Source: a virus
Lineage: Duplodnaviria > Caudoviricetes
DNA length: 53,896 nt
Virus record (IMG/VR): IMGVR_UViG_3300032242_002545
Location: 1-53,896 of that record
Direction: 5' to 3' (one strand)
Shown piece after piece: positions 28,897 to 36,984 of the stretch; position 1 is the stretch's first letter; each line of letters starts with the position of its first letter. Both the position numbers and the translations under genes were made by a program. Under the pieces are notes generated by a model, which did no database searches, was not told where the DNA came from, and was given only the letters and a program-made list of their open reading frames with translations.

Positions 28897-29694
28897 ATGG
28901 AAACTACAAATATAAGCGTAATCCTTCCAGTTCATGAATTGAACGAAGATACAAAAAAATTATTTCAAAATGCTGTAACTAGTGTTGCAGAACAAACAAC
29001 TAAGCCAGATGAATTGGTTATTGTTGTACCTAAAGATAGCGAAGCTTCAGCATACGTTAAGTCACTAGACTTAACTTCTGTTGGTGTTACGGTTACCATA
29101 GCTGAAAACGAAGGTAATACTGACTTTGCGTCACAAACAAACTACGGCGTAAGCGTTGCTAAATCAGATTGGATTAGTATTCTTGAATTTGATGACGAGT
29201 ATGCTAAGATATGGTTTAAAAATGTTGTAGAGTATCGTGCAGCGTATCCAGATGTTGAATTGTTTATGCCAATCATAATCGATGTGGATACTAATAACAA
29301 CTTCATTGGTTTTACAAATGAAGCAGTTTGGGCACAAAGCTTTTCAGATGAACTAGGTGTCTTGGATAATAATGCATTATTGGCTTACCAAAACTTTAAC
29401 ATAGATGGTATCGTAATCAAGAAATCAGCCTACGAAGGTTTCGGCGGTATCAAGTCAAGCATTAAACTTACGTTCATTTATGAATTCTTGCTACGTATGA
29501 CATTCAAGTCTGTTAAGACCATGGTAATTCCTAAGTTTGCTTACAAGCATGTTAACCAAAGAGAAGGTTCTCTATTTGCATCTTATAAAGAAACGCTTAA
29601 CCCTACCGAAGTAAAATGGTGGTTAGCACAAGCAAAGAAAGAATACTATTTTGGTAGAGATAGAAATATAACATATCAGGAACAAACAGCATAA
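28897..29694 (+). CDS. Glycosyltransferase family 2
   Basis: ISVILPVH, AVTSVAEQT.KPDELVIV and NYGV..AKSDWISILEFDD motifs. Confidence 0.8.
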   Translation: METTNISVILPVHELNEDTKKLFQNAVTSVAEQTTKPDELVIVVPKDSEASAYVKSLDLTSVGVTVTIAENEGNTDFASQTNYGVSVAKSDWISILEFDDEYAKIWFKNVVEYRAAYPDVELFMPIIIDVDTNNNFIGFTNEAVWAQSFSDELGVLDNNALLAYQNFNIDGIVIKKSAYEGFGGIKSSIKLTFIYEFLLRMTFKSVKTMVIPKFAYKHVNQREGSLFASYKETLNPTEVKWWLAQAKKEYYFGRDRNITYQEQTA

Positions 29695-30419
29695 TGGTTA
29701 AGAGAGGACGCAAAAGGAAAAATGAAATGTACTTTGGTCCCGATGAAGAAGAGGCTGTAATAAAATTTTTAGAATCAACAGACGATAAAGAAAGGAATCA
29801 GATTTTTAATGAGTGGCTTAAAGCTCCACTTGATAAAATGATTGAGTCGATAATAAGAAGGTACAAATTGTACAGAAAGGGAATCAGTTTTGATGAATTA
29901 CATAGAGACACGGTTTCCTTTCTTATGACAAAAGTACATAGGTTTGAAAATGAAAGAGGTAAAAAGGCTTATTCATATTTTGGAACCATAAGTAAAAATT
30001 ACGTTTTAGGCTTGCTTATCAAGGATAAGAAACACTTAAAACAAACGTCTTCCTATGAAGATATCTCTGAAGATATCGAAGAAAGAGAAGACTTGACTTA
30101 TGAGATAGATACCGAAGAATTTCCAATGGACGAATTTATTGCAAATGTGATAGAGGGTGTCAAAAAAGAATTGGATGACGAAACAAAAACAAGCAAAAAA
30201 AAGCTAAGCGATAATGAAAGAAAAGTCGGTTACGCTTTGATAGATATTCTTGAAAATTGGGAAGAGATATTTAAAACCATGGAAGGTGGGTCGAAGTACA
30301 ATAAGAATTCGGTCCTTGAAACCATGAGAAACTATACCAATCTATCAACAAAAGACATCAGACTAGCTATGAAACGTTTTAAGGAGCTTTACGAGCTTTT
30401 AAAAAACCATGGGTTGTAG
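29694..30419 (+). CDS. Phage sigma factor, T4 gp55-like (late transcription)
   Basis: Sigma region-2-like segment KMIESIIRRY...DELHRDTVSFLMTKVHRFENERGKKAYSYFGTISKNY. Confidence 0.65.
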   Translation: MVKRGRKRKNEMYFGPDEEEAVIKFLESTDDKERNQIFNEWLKAPLDKMIESIIRRYKLYRKGISFDELHRDTVSFLMTKVHRFENERGKKAYSYFGTISKNYVLGLLIKDKKHLKQTSSYEDISEDIEEREDLTYEIDTEEFPMDEFIANVIEGVKKELDDETKTSKKKLSDNERKVGYALIDILENWEEIFKTMEGGSKYNKNSVLETMRNYTNLSTKDIRLAMKRFKELYELLKNHGL

Positions 30420-30467
30420 ATACTCAACAAAACCCTAATCGAGGTATTTATAGTAAAATATTAAAGT

Positions 30468-30863
30468 ATGCCTAGGAAAAAGAAACAAGACGTAAAAGTA
30501 AACGATAATGATTCGTTAGAAGGACTTATGCAAGAGACCTATGATGATGCATGTTTGCAAATTAGCGATGCTCAAAGAACCATCAATGAATTAGCTGTTA
30601 GTGCTAACCCTACCGATGTAGATGACTTGACCAAGATAGCCAAAGAAAAAGGCGGTCTTTTGAAGATAAAAGACTCAGCCATCAGGATTAAGCTGGAGCT
30701 GGCCAAGCTACAAAGCGATATCATCAAAAATAGAGGTGATGTCGATTCAACAATTGCCGAAAGAACACATGGAACAGCATCAGCTGATGACTTCAGGTCA
30801 ATTAGACAGATGCTTAAGAATGGTGCGTCAGAAAAAGATAACGATGATGTAAACGAAGAATAA
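30468..30863 (+). CDS. Hypothetical helical protein, possibly a small terminase subunit
   Basis: 131 aa, coiled-coil-like, with late motif GTATTTATA at 30444-30452. The functional guess is weak. Confidence 0.55.
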   Translation: MPRKKKQDVKVNDNDSLEGLMQETYDDACLQISDAQRTINELAVSANPTDVDDLTKIAKEKGGLLKIKDSAIRIKLELAKLQSDIIKNRGDVDSTIAERTHGTASADDFRSIRQMLKNGASEKDNDDVNEE

Positions 30864-32284
30864 TGGCTTCAATTGTTGATAGTAAAAAACAAGTCTTTGG
30901 TCAAATAGCTGCTTTCAAAACGATTACTGAAGGTATGCCTAAGTTTAAGCTAAGCTCATCTATGTCATCCATCAATAATAGTGGTGATGTTATGGCTTTT
31001 CTAACCGACTTGATTAACCAGTTAATAGGTTATGAACAATACCTTTCTTCACTAATAGATATCATACTAAGTGCGCTACCAAGAATAGAAAAAAGGATAA
31101 AAAAAGCCTTGATGGTGGAACTTAAGAACATCGTTAGTTGCGGTGTTGACCCAAGTCTTCCTTCATGGATTAAATCAACTGGTAACGGTATTGTAATACC
31201 TGTTAACAAGATAGACTTGTTGGATATACTAAGAACCGACCCTAATTCACAAGGCGGTCAATTGCTTTATTCAGACACAACAACCCCTTTGGCTAGTACT
31301 GACTTCAATACGTTTTTATATGGTGTTATACAGGATGAAGGTCAAACACATGTTTGGAAAAACATCTTCGATATAAGATTTGATTCGATAGGTCTAAATG
31401 GACACCCAAACAATGCGTTAACTATAAAGGCTAATGCGAATTATGATTCAAAAACACTTACAGACTTAAACAATGATTTTGTTAATAGTCTTACGCTATT
31501 CAGAACCGAAAACGCCATCAACCAAGTTATGGATATCATTTATGGTACCGTATCATCAACTATAGGTAAAAGCCTTAAGCAGTTAGAAAAAGAAGCACAA
31601 ATACACGGTATCATAGATAAGATGGTAAATAATGTTAACAAGAATCCTTTGAATGATTCTGCGTTTTCTTTTACCAAAGAAGAAACACTAGCGCATCAAG
31701 TACAAGCAAGTGCTAGGAAAGCAGGTACATCTATTATTAAAACATCTGTAACAGTAAATTCAAACGTACCTGTGAATGTGTTAAGCGATTTTAATAATTC
31801 TTTCAAAGCAGCAACAACAGCGATAGATAAAAGAAATATACTCTCAAACCATTTGAATATAATGGCTAATGCAAGTATTGCAAATATACCTAACCCTGTT
31901 GATGGTATTGCTGGAAAAGCAAACTTTATCATTCAAATTATCCTTAACTTGGTTAAGAGTTTGGTAAATAATATACTTTCACCAAAGGTTGTTTTTATAT
32001 TCTTGATAAACTTTTTGATTGTGTATGGACCTACCGCAGTTTATGGTGATGGTTTAGATTTTATAAAGAAAAACAAACGACTATTCAACGCTATTATTCT
32101 AGGTATTGTTGAAATTATAGTTAAAGCTTTAATTAGTATTGCTTTGAAGTATATTAGTATACTAGTTGCGCAAGCAATACTTAAAAAACAACAAGAACAA
32201 GGTGCTTTAAAGCTTGCTCAGTTACAAACACTAGTAGGTGTACCATTTGATTTGATAAATAATTTACTACAAAGTTTAATATAA
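30863..32284 (+). CDS. Hypothetical baseplate/tail-associated protein with hydrophobic C-terminal helices
   Basis: 473 aa in a late operon upstream of the gp5-like gene. Confidence 0.6.
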   Translation: MASIVDSKKQVFGQIAAFKTITEGMPKFKLSSSMSSINNSGDVMAFLTDLINQLIGYEQYLSSLIDIILSALPRIEKRIKKALMVELKNIVSCGVDPSLPSWIKSTGNGIVIPVNKIDLLDILRTDPNSQGGQLLYSDTTTPLASTDFNTFLYGVIQDEGQTHVWKNIFDIRFDSIGLNGHPNNALTIKANANYDSKTLTDLNNDFVNSLTLFRTENAINQVMDIIYGTVSSTIGKSLKQLEKEAQIHGIIDKMVNNVNKNPLNDSAFSFTKEETLAHQVQASARKAGTSIIKTSVTVNSNVPVNVLSDFNNSFKAATTAIDKRNILSNHLNIMANASIANIPNPVDGIAGKANFIIQIILNLVKSLVNNILSPKVVFIFLINFLIVYGPTAVYGDGLDFIKKNKRLFNAIILGIVEIIVKALISIALKYISILVAQAILKKQQEQGALKLAQLQTLVGVPFDLINNLLQSLI

Positions 32285-32715
32285 TGGCAGACACAAAACC
32301 GATACAAGACAATGGATTTAACTTCACATCAATTCTTGGTGTGTTGAATATAATTACATCTGCTTTTAAGATACCAGATACTCCAGCAGAACCTCTTCCA
32401 CCACCATTAATTATGACTGGTGCCAATCTTAGACCAGGTTTAACACCCACAGACCTTGCAGCTCAAATCATAAGCAAACAATCAGATGCTGGCAGAGCTG
32501 TTGGTGACGTTTTTGCTGACGGTCCAAATGTTGAAGAGGCTATGGAAGTGATAAGGATACAACAAATAATAGAAGCAATACTTACCAAAGCTAGGGTAGA
32601 TGTGGTTATACCGCCAGGAATTCAAGTTACAACGGCTGGTGCTAATGCCGCTGGCCCAGTAGCATCTCAAGGTGCAACAGTTGGTATGGGTATTGGTAGT
32701 GGTATAATAAGATAA
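32284..32715 (+). CDS. Hypothetical baseplate/spike-associated protein
   Basis: 143 aa with a Gly-rich beta C-terminus, near the gp5-like gene. Confidence 0.6.
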   Translation: MADTKPIQDNGFNFTSILGVLNIITSAFKIPDTPAEPLPPPLIMTGANLRPGLTPTDLAAQIISKQSDAGRAVGDVFADGPNVEEAMEVIRIQQIIEAILTKARVDVVIPPGIQVTTAGANAAGPVASQGATVGMGIGSGIIR

Positions 32716-32722
32716 TAAGCAT

Positions 32723-32902
32723 ATGAACAACGATTTAGAAGAAAAAACAAACAACGAAATACTGTTTGAAATCAAGCAATTAGAAGCTGACCATGAAGCA
32801 TTAAAGCTTAAGATGCTAAAAGACTTTGACAAGCTTGTAGAAATTGAAAAACGCTATGACAAAGCTAACGGAATATTACACAAAAGACTAACAAGTAAAT
32901 AA
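32723..32902 (+). CDS. Small coiled-coil hypothetical protein (59 aa)
   Basis: Manual translation MNNDLEEKTNNEILFEIKQLEADHEALKLKML...; stop overlaps the next ATG. Confidence 0.7.
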   Translation: MNNDLEEKTNNEILFEIKQLEADHEALKLKMLKDFDKLVEIEKRYDKANGILHKRLTSK

Positions 32903-33918
32903 TGGAAAATTTTAATACCAAAATAACCAGAGGTGGACATAGCGTATATAATAACTTATCTGAATTTTCAATAATCAAGTATGGTATCGTAAAAGCTATT
33001 GAAAGCGATTATGGTAACAAAGATACTGGACTTGGAAGGATAAAGGTATATATAAAAGGACCTATATCACAAGGTTGTGATGGGGATATATCAATAGATA
33101 GTCAAGATGCGATTATGAATCTGGCTTGGTGTTTTCCTTTACTACCTAAGCATTTATCTGTAACACCAAAGGTTGGTGAAGTTGTTTGGGTGTTGGTATT
33201 AGATAAACACTCACAACATGCTGATAGGCTTTATATCGGGCCAGTAATATCTCAATTACCTAACTTAAATTACGACCCATTTCTATATAGTGCTTTGGCA
33301 GGTTTTACATTCGGACCGCAAGCACCAGATACCAACCCAGCACAGATACCAGAAATGCAAGGTATCTTTCCAGACCCGCAAGATGTTTCAATACAAGGTC
33401 GATACAATACCGATATCACACAAAAGAATAACGAGATTGTTATTCGTGCTGGTAAATTTGAAACCATGTCACCAACAAGTACCAACCCATATGGTATGAA
33501 GTTTAATGGTACCACACAAGGTTATATCCAAATAAAAAACAATGCAGTTGTTAAACCAGCAACCAAAAACCAAGATGAACTAAAGGGGTCGGTTACAAAT
33601 ATCGTAGCCAATAAGATAAACCTAATTACACATGTTGATGGTAGTCCTAGATTTAATGTTACAAACCAAGATAACTTGATTAGTGATGATGACCTAGCAA
33701 CTATCCTTTCTGAAGCCCATCAATTACCTTTCGGTGATGTATTGTTGCAATACCTTATTTTACTAAAAGAAGCCTTCCTAGCGCACGTTCACAATGGTAG
33801 TGGTAACATACCTACCGATTTAACTATTTCGGGTAATAAACAGTCCGTAGGCATTTTTAAATCAAAAGCCGATAACCTAGAAAAATCTATGCTATCAAAG
33901 AACATACGTATAAACTAA
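32902..33918 (+). CDS. Baseplate central spike (gp5/gpV-like OB-fold)
   Basis: GIVKAI...GRIKVYI...WCFPLLP...PKVGEVVWV; C-terminal HVH (HxH metal-binding tip). Confidence 0.75.
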   Translation: MENFNTKITRGGHSVYNNLSEFSIIKYGIVKAIESDYGNKDTGLGRIKVYIKGPISQGCDGDISIDSQDAIMNLAWCFPLLPKHLSVTPKVGEVVWVLVLDKHSQHADRLYIGPVISQLPNLNYDPFLYSALAGFTFGPQAPDTNPAQIPEMQGIFPDPQDVSIQGRYNTDITQKNNEIVIRAGKFETMSPTSTNPYGMKFNGTTQGYIQIKNNAVVKPATKNQDELKGSVTNIVANKINLITHVDGSPRFNVTNQDNLISDDDLATILSEAHQLPFGDVLLQYLILLKEAFLAHVHNGSGNIPTDLTISGNKQSVGIFKSKADNLEKSMLSKNIRIN

Positions 33919-33951
33919 TTGTGTTTTTTAGATATTTATAGATAAAACACA

Positions 33952-35358
33952 ATGGTACTACATACATACTTTGATAAAAGCAATACGATAGTTAGCAACC
34001 AAAACGTAAACACTGGTCTTAATCCAGTTACCGAGATATTCTACGGTGGAGCTATTGGTGAACAACAATATAGCCGTTATATCTTTCACTTCGATGCTTC
34101 AAGGCTACAAAACCTTTATAACAATGGAACATATACCGACCTTACAAAGCTTACCCATACGCTAAGGATGACAAATACCAACACATTTGATACTGATTTA
34201 TTAAATGGTACATATGCTGGTAAAGACAAGGCTTCATCTTTTGATTTGATAGTATTCAAGATAAATCAAAATTGGGATAATGGTGTTGGTTATGACTTTG
34301 ATGTTCCAGCAGTTATACTTGGTAACCCAGCATATTCAAATGGTGCTTCCAACTGGATTGAAGCCCAAACTGGTATTGTTTGGCAGGGTGGGCCAGGTAT
34401 TTATTCTGGTTCTACATCTGGTGTTACAATAGCAACCCAACACTTTGATAAAGGTAACGAAAATATTAACATAGATATTACCGATTATGTTAATGGTCTT
34501 ATAACTGGGGCCACAAATTACGGATTAGGTATAGCTTTTACAAGAGGATTTGAATTGCTTAATACAATTGCGCTTCAGTATGTTGGTTTCTTTACAAACA
34601 ATACCCAAACATTCTATGAACCATACGTAGAAACGGTTTATGATAACCACATAACCGATGATAGAAATAACTTTTTCTTGGATAAACCAAGCAAGCTGTA
34701 TCTATATGTTAACTTAGCTGGTAACCCTACAAACCTAGATACCAAACCATCTGTTGTGGTTCATGATAATAATGGAATTCTTCTTTCAGCTTATACGCCA
34801 TCACAAGTTAATCACGTTACTCTAGGTGTATACTCGATTGATATAATCGTACCATCAAATGGCGATAACGTAGAAGTTATGTACAATGATACTTGGTCTG
34901 GTATTAGTATAAATGGCGTTACTCGCCCAAATCTTACCTTAGACTTTGTTACAAAGGACTCTATGGGTTACTATAATATTGGTGTAAATGATATGCTACC
35001 AAGAAAAACAGCTGTCTCAATTAGCGGTATTAAAAACAAGGAAAAAATAAAACGTGGTGATGTAAGAAAGGTACTTGTATCAGCTAGGATACCTTATACT
35101 GTTGAACAAACGCAAAACATAAGCGGAATGAAGTACAGGATATATGTATTGGAAGGTACAGCTGAATATACGTTTATTGATTTCCAACCTATTGAAATGG
35201 CCAATAACTACTATTATTTCTTGATAGATACAGCTAGCTTTATACCTAATAATTACTTCATTGATGTATTGGTTGAATCTAATCAAGAGGTTACAACGCT
35301 TAAAAATGTGGTAGAATTTGAAATAGTTAATCAAGTAGAATTAAGACAAGGACAGTAA
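33952..35358 (+). CDS. Virion structural protein with a DNRLRE/CBM96-like domain and an Ig-like C-terminus
   Basis: SRYIFHFD, QNWDNG, NIDITDYVNG...NYGLGI and YEPYVETVY; late motif at 33932-33940. Confidence 0.6.
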   Translation: MVLHTYFDKSNTIVSNQNVNTGLNPVTEIFYGGAIGEQQYSRYIFHFDASRLQNLYNNGTYTDLTKLTHTLRMTNTNTFDTDLLNGTYAGKDKASSFDLIVFKINQNWDNGVGYDFDVPAVILGNPAYSNGASNWIEAQTGIVWQGGPGIYSGSTSGVTIATQHFDKGNENINIDITDYVNGLITGATNYGLGIAFTRGFELLNTIALQYVGFFTNNTQTFYEPYVETVYDNHITDDRNNFFLDKPSKLYLYVNLAGNPTNLDTKPSVVVHDNNGILLSAYTPSQVNHVTLGVYSIDIIVPSNGDNVEVMYNDTWSGISINGVTRPNLTLDFVTKDSMGYYNIGVNDMLPRKTAVSISGIKNKEKIKRGDVRKVLVSARIPYTVEQTQNISGMKYRIYVLEGTAEYTFIDFQPIEMANNYYYFLIDTASFIPNNYFIDVLVESNQEVTTLKNVVEFEIVNQVELRQGQ

Positions 35359-35359
35359 T

Positions 35360-35698
35360 ATGAAAACATTTATACGCAGAAGGCTCCATGAAGAGCTGAT
35401 TGATGGTGAGAAGATGAATAAGGGCACACAAGTAATTTGTGACAAGCTAACGATAGATAGCTATGAAGAAGCTTTGCATTACGTAAAAGCCGCTCTTAAA
35501 GGACTAGAACCTGATGTTAAAGAAAGACTGATTCAAAAGATTCTTTCGCCTCTTAAAAACATAAAACAACAACAAGGAATAATAGGTTCAGAAATTAAAA
35601 AATACCATATGTCTGGTGATTCTATGCCAGATGAAGCTGATACCTATTGGACCGAAATCCAAACAGCTTTTTGTGACGCTGGCCCAGAGTTTGAATAG
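35360..35698 (+). CDS. Hypothetical protein, likely head-internal
   Basis: 112 aa with an MKTFIRRRLHE propeptide-like start. Confidence 0.7.
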   Translation: MKTFIRRRLHEELIDGEKMNKGTQVICDKLTIDSYEEALHYVKAALKGLEPDVKERLIQKILSPLKNIKQQQGIIGSEIKKYHMSGDSMPDEADTYWTEIQTAFCDAGPEFE

Positions 35699-35700
35699 TC

Positions 35701-35732
35701 TTGACAATTAAATCATTTTTGGTATATTTATT
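35701..35732 (+). promoter_or_regulatory. Host-sigma promoter overlapping a late motif
   Basis: TTGACA-16 nt-TATATT with TG extension; ATATTTATT at 35724-35732. Confidence 0.6.
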
Positions 35733-35733
35733 A

Positions 35734-35828
35734 TTGCGTTAACTACGCATCGGTCCCGACCAATAATATTGGTTTAGAGTTGTCCATGACAACAAAGGTA
35801 TTGGTGCAATAACATATTATAAAGTTAA
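35734..35828 (+). other. Structured 5' leader or candidate ncRNA with four short palindromes
   Basis: tgcgt-taact-acgca, accaata-a-tattggt, gttgtc-cat-gacaac and tattg-gtg-caata. Confidence 0.55.
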
Positions 35829-35834
35829 TTAAAA

Positions 35835-36689
35835 ATGAAACAAAACTACTTGGTACCCAGCGTACCCTCAGCAAACATTGCTGTAAACAAGAGCCGTATT
35901 AAGCTCTACAACAAGGAAGGTGAAATACCTACCTATTATCTTCAAAAAGGACAAGAGTTCCAGATTGAATTATTCAACCCAACATCAGACGTAGTATTAG
36001 CAAAGATTGATTTGAACGGAAAACCCATATCCCAAGGAGGTTTGGTTGTCAACCCTGGTCAGCGTATATTTCTTGACCGATATATCGATATCGCTAAAAA
36101 GTTCTTATTTGATACTTATGAAGTATCAAGTTCCGATGAAGTTAAAAAAGCAATCGAACACAATGGTGATATAAAGATAGAATTCTACAAAGAAAGGGTA
36201 TATATTCCAAGGCCCACTTATAGACCTCATATTTTTTGGGATACCAATGGGTTAAAAAAATTCTCTTCAACTAACGATATTGTTTATGGTGATAACACAA
36301 GCCTACTAAGAACAAATATAGCGGGGTCATATTATAACTCCACCGATGAATTAAATATGAGCAACACATATACTAGCACTTCTAATTATGTTGATTCAAA
36401 TATCAGTACAACACTTGATTTTCTAAGTCAAGAAACAACATTTCCAATTAAAAAACAAAAGCTAGAAACTGGACGTGTTGAAGCAGGGTCTGATTCTGAC
36501 CAAAAATTTGAATATGTCAGCAAAACATTTGAATACAGCCCATTTCATACCATAGAGTATAAGTTGCTACCTGTATCTCAAAAAATAAACACCACAGCCG
36601 ATTTAAACGTTAAATTATACTGTACTCAGTGTGGTGCTAAACTCGGTAAAACAGATAAATTCTGTTCCCAGTGTGGTCATAAGGCCTAA
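35835..36689 (+). CDS. Hypothetical protein with a beta-rich N-terminal domain and a C-terminal zinc ribbon
   Basis: 284 aa ending YCTQCGAKLGKTDKFCSQCG. Confidence 0.8.
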   Translation: MKQNYLVPSVPSANIAVNKSRIKLYNKEGEIPTYYLQKGQEFQIELFNPTSDVVLAKIDLNGKPISQGGLVVNPGQRIFLDRYIDIAKKFLFDTYEVSSSDEVKKAIEHNGDIKIEFYKERVYIPRPTYRPHIFWDTNGLKKFSSTNDIVYGDNTSLLRTNIAGSYYNSTDELNMSNTYTSTSNYVDSNISTTLDFLSQETTFPIKKQKLETGRVEAGSDSDQKFEYVSKTFEYSPFHTIEYKLLPVSQKINTTADLNVKLYCTQCGAKLGKTDKFCSQCGHKA

Positions 36690-36714
36690 ATAAATCATAA
36701 AGTTAACGCAAATA

Positions 36715-36745
36715 AAAACCCGAACTTGACAATTCGGGTTTTTTT
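36715..36745 (+). terminator. Rho-independent terminator with a -35 box in its loop
   Basis: aaaaacccgaa-cttgacaa-ttcgggttttt. Confidence 0.85.
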
Positions 36746-36756
36746 ATGTATATTTG
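36726..36756 (+). promoter_or_regulatory. Host-sigma promoter
   Basis: TTGACA-17 nt-TATATTTG (fits TAnnTTTG). Confidence 0.6.
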
Positions 36757-36767
36757 AAATAAAAATT

Positions 36768-36914
36768 ATGAATACACTAGAAGCAAGAGTTTTACAGGAA
36801 ATACTTAAATTGGTTGAAACAACGCCTAACGATTATGACCTAGGAAAGGTTGTAAGAATTGTTTACCATGATTACAAAGAAGGTAAGCTAAACGATAAGG
36901 TTGAAAACCCATAA
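36768..36914 (+). CDS. Small hypothetical protein (48 aa)
   Basis: MNTLEARVLQEILKLVETTPNDYDLGKVVR..., between a promoter and a terminator. Confidence 0.65.
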   Translation: MNTLEARVLQEILKLVETTPNDYDLGKVVRIVYHDYKEGKLNDKVENP

Positions 36915-36928
36915 GCATTACACAAAAC

Positions 36929-36959
36929 AAAAAAGCCTAGATTTCTCTAGGCTTTTTTT
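36929..36959. terminator. Bidirectional terminator between convergent units
   Basis: aaaaaagcctag-atttct-ctaggctttttt. Confidence 0.85.
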
Positions 36960-36984
36960 GTTTATATAAGATATTCGTTTAAGA

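Noticed and set aside
35734-35828. tRNA in the hairpin-rich leader
   Set aside because: No T-loop GTTC, no D-loop consensus and no 7-nt anticodon loop; the loops are too small.
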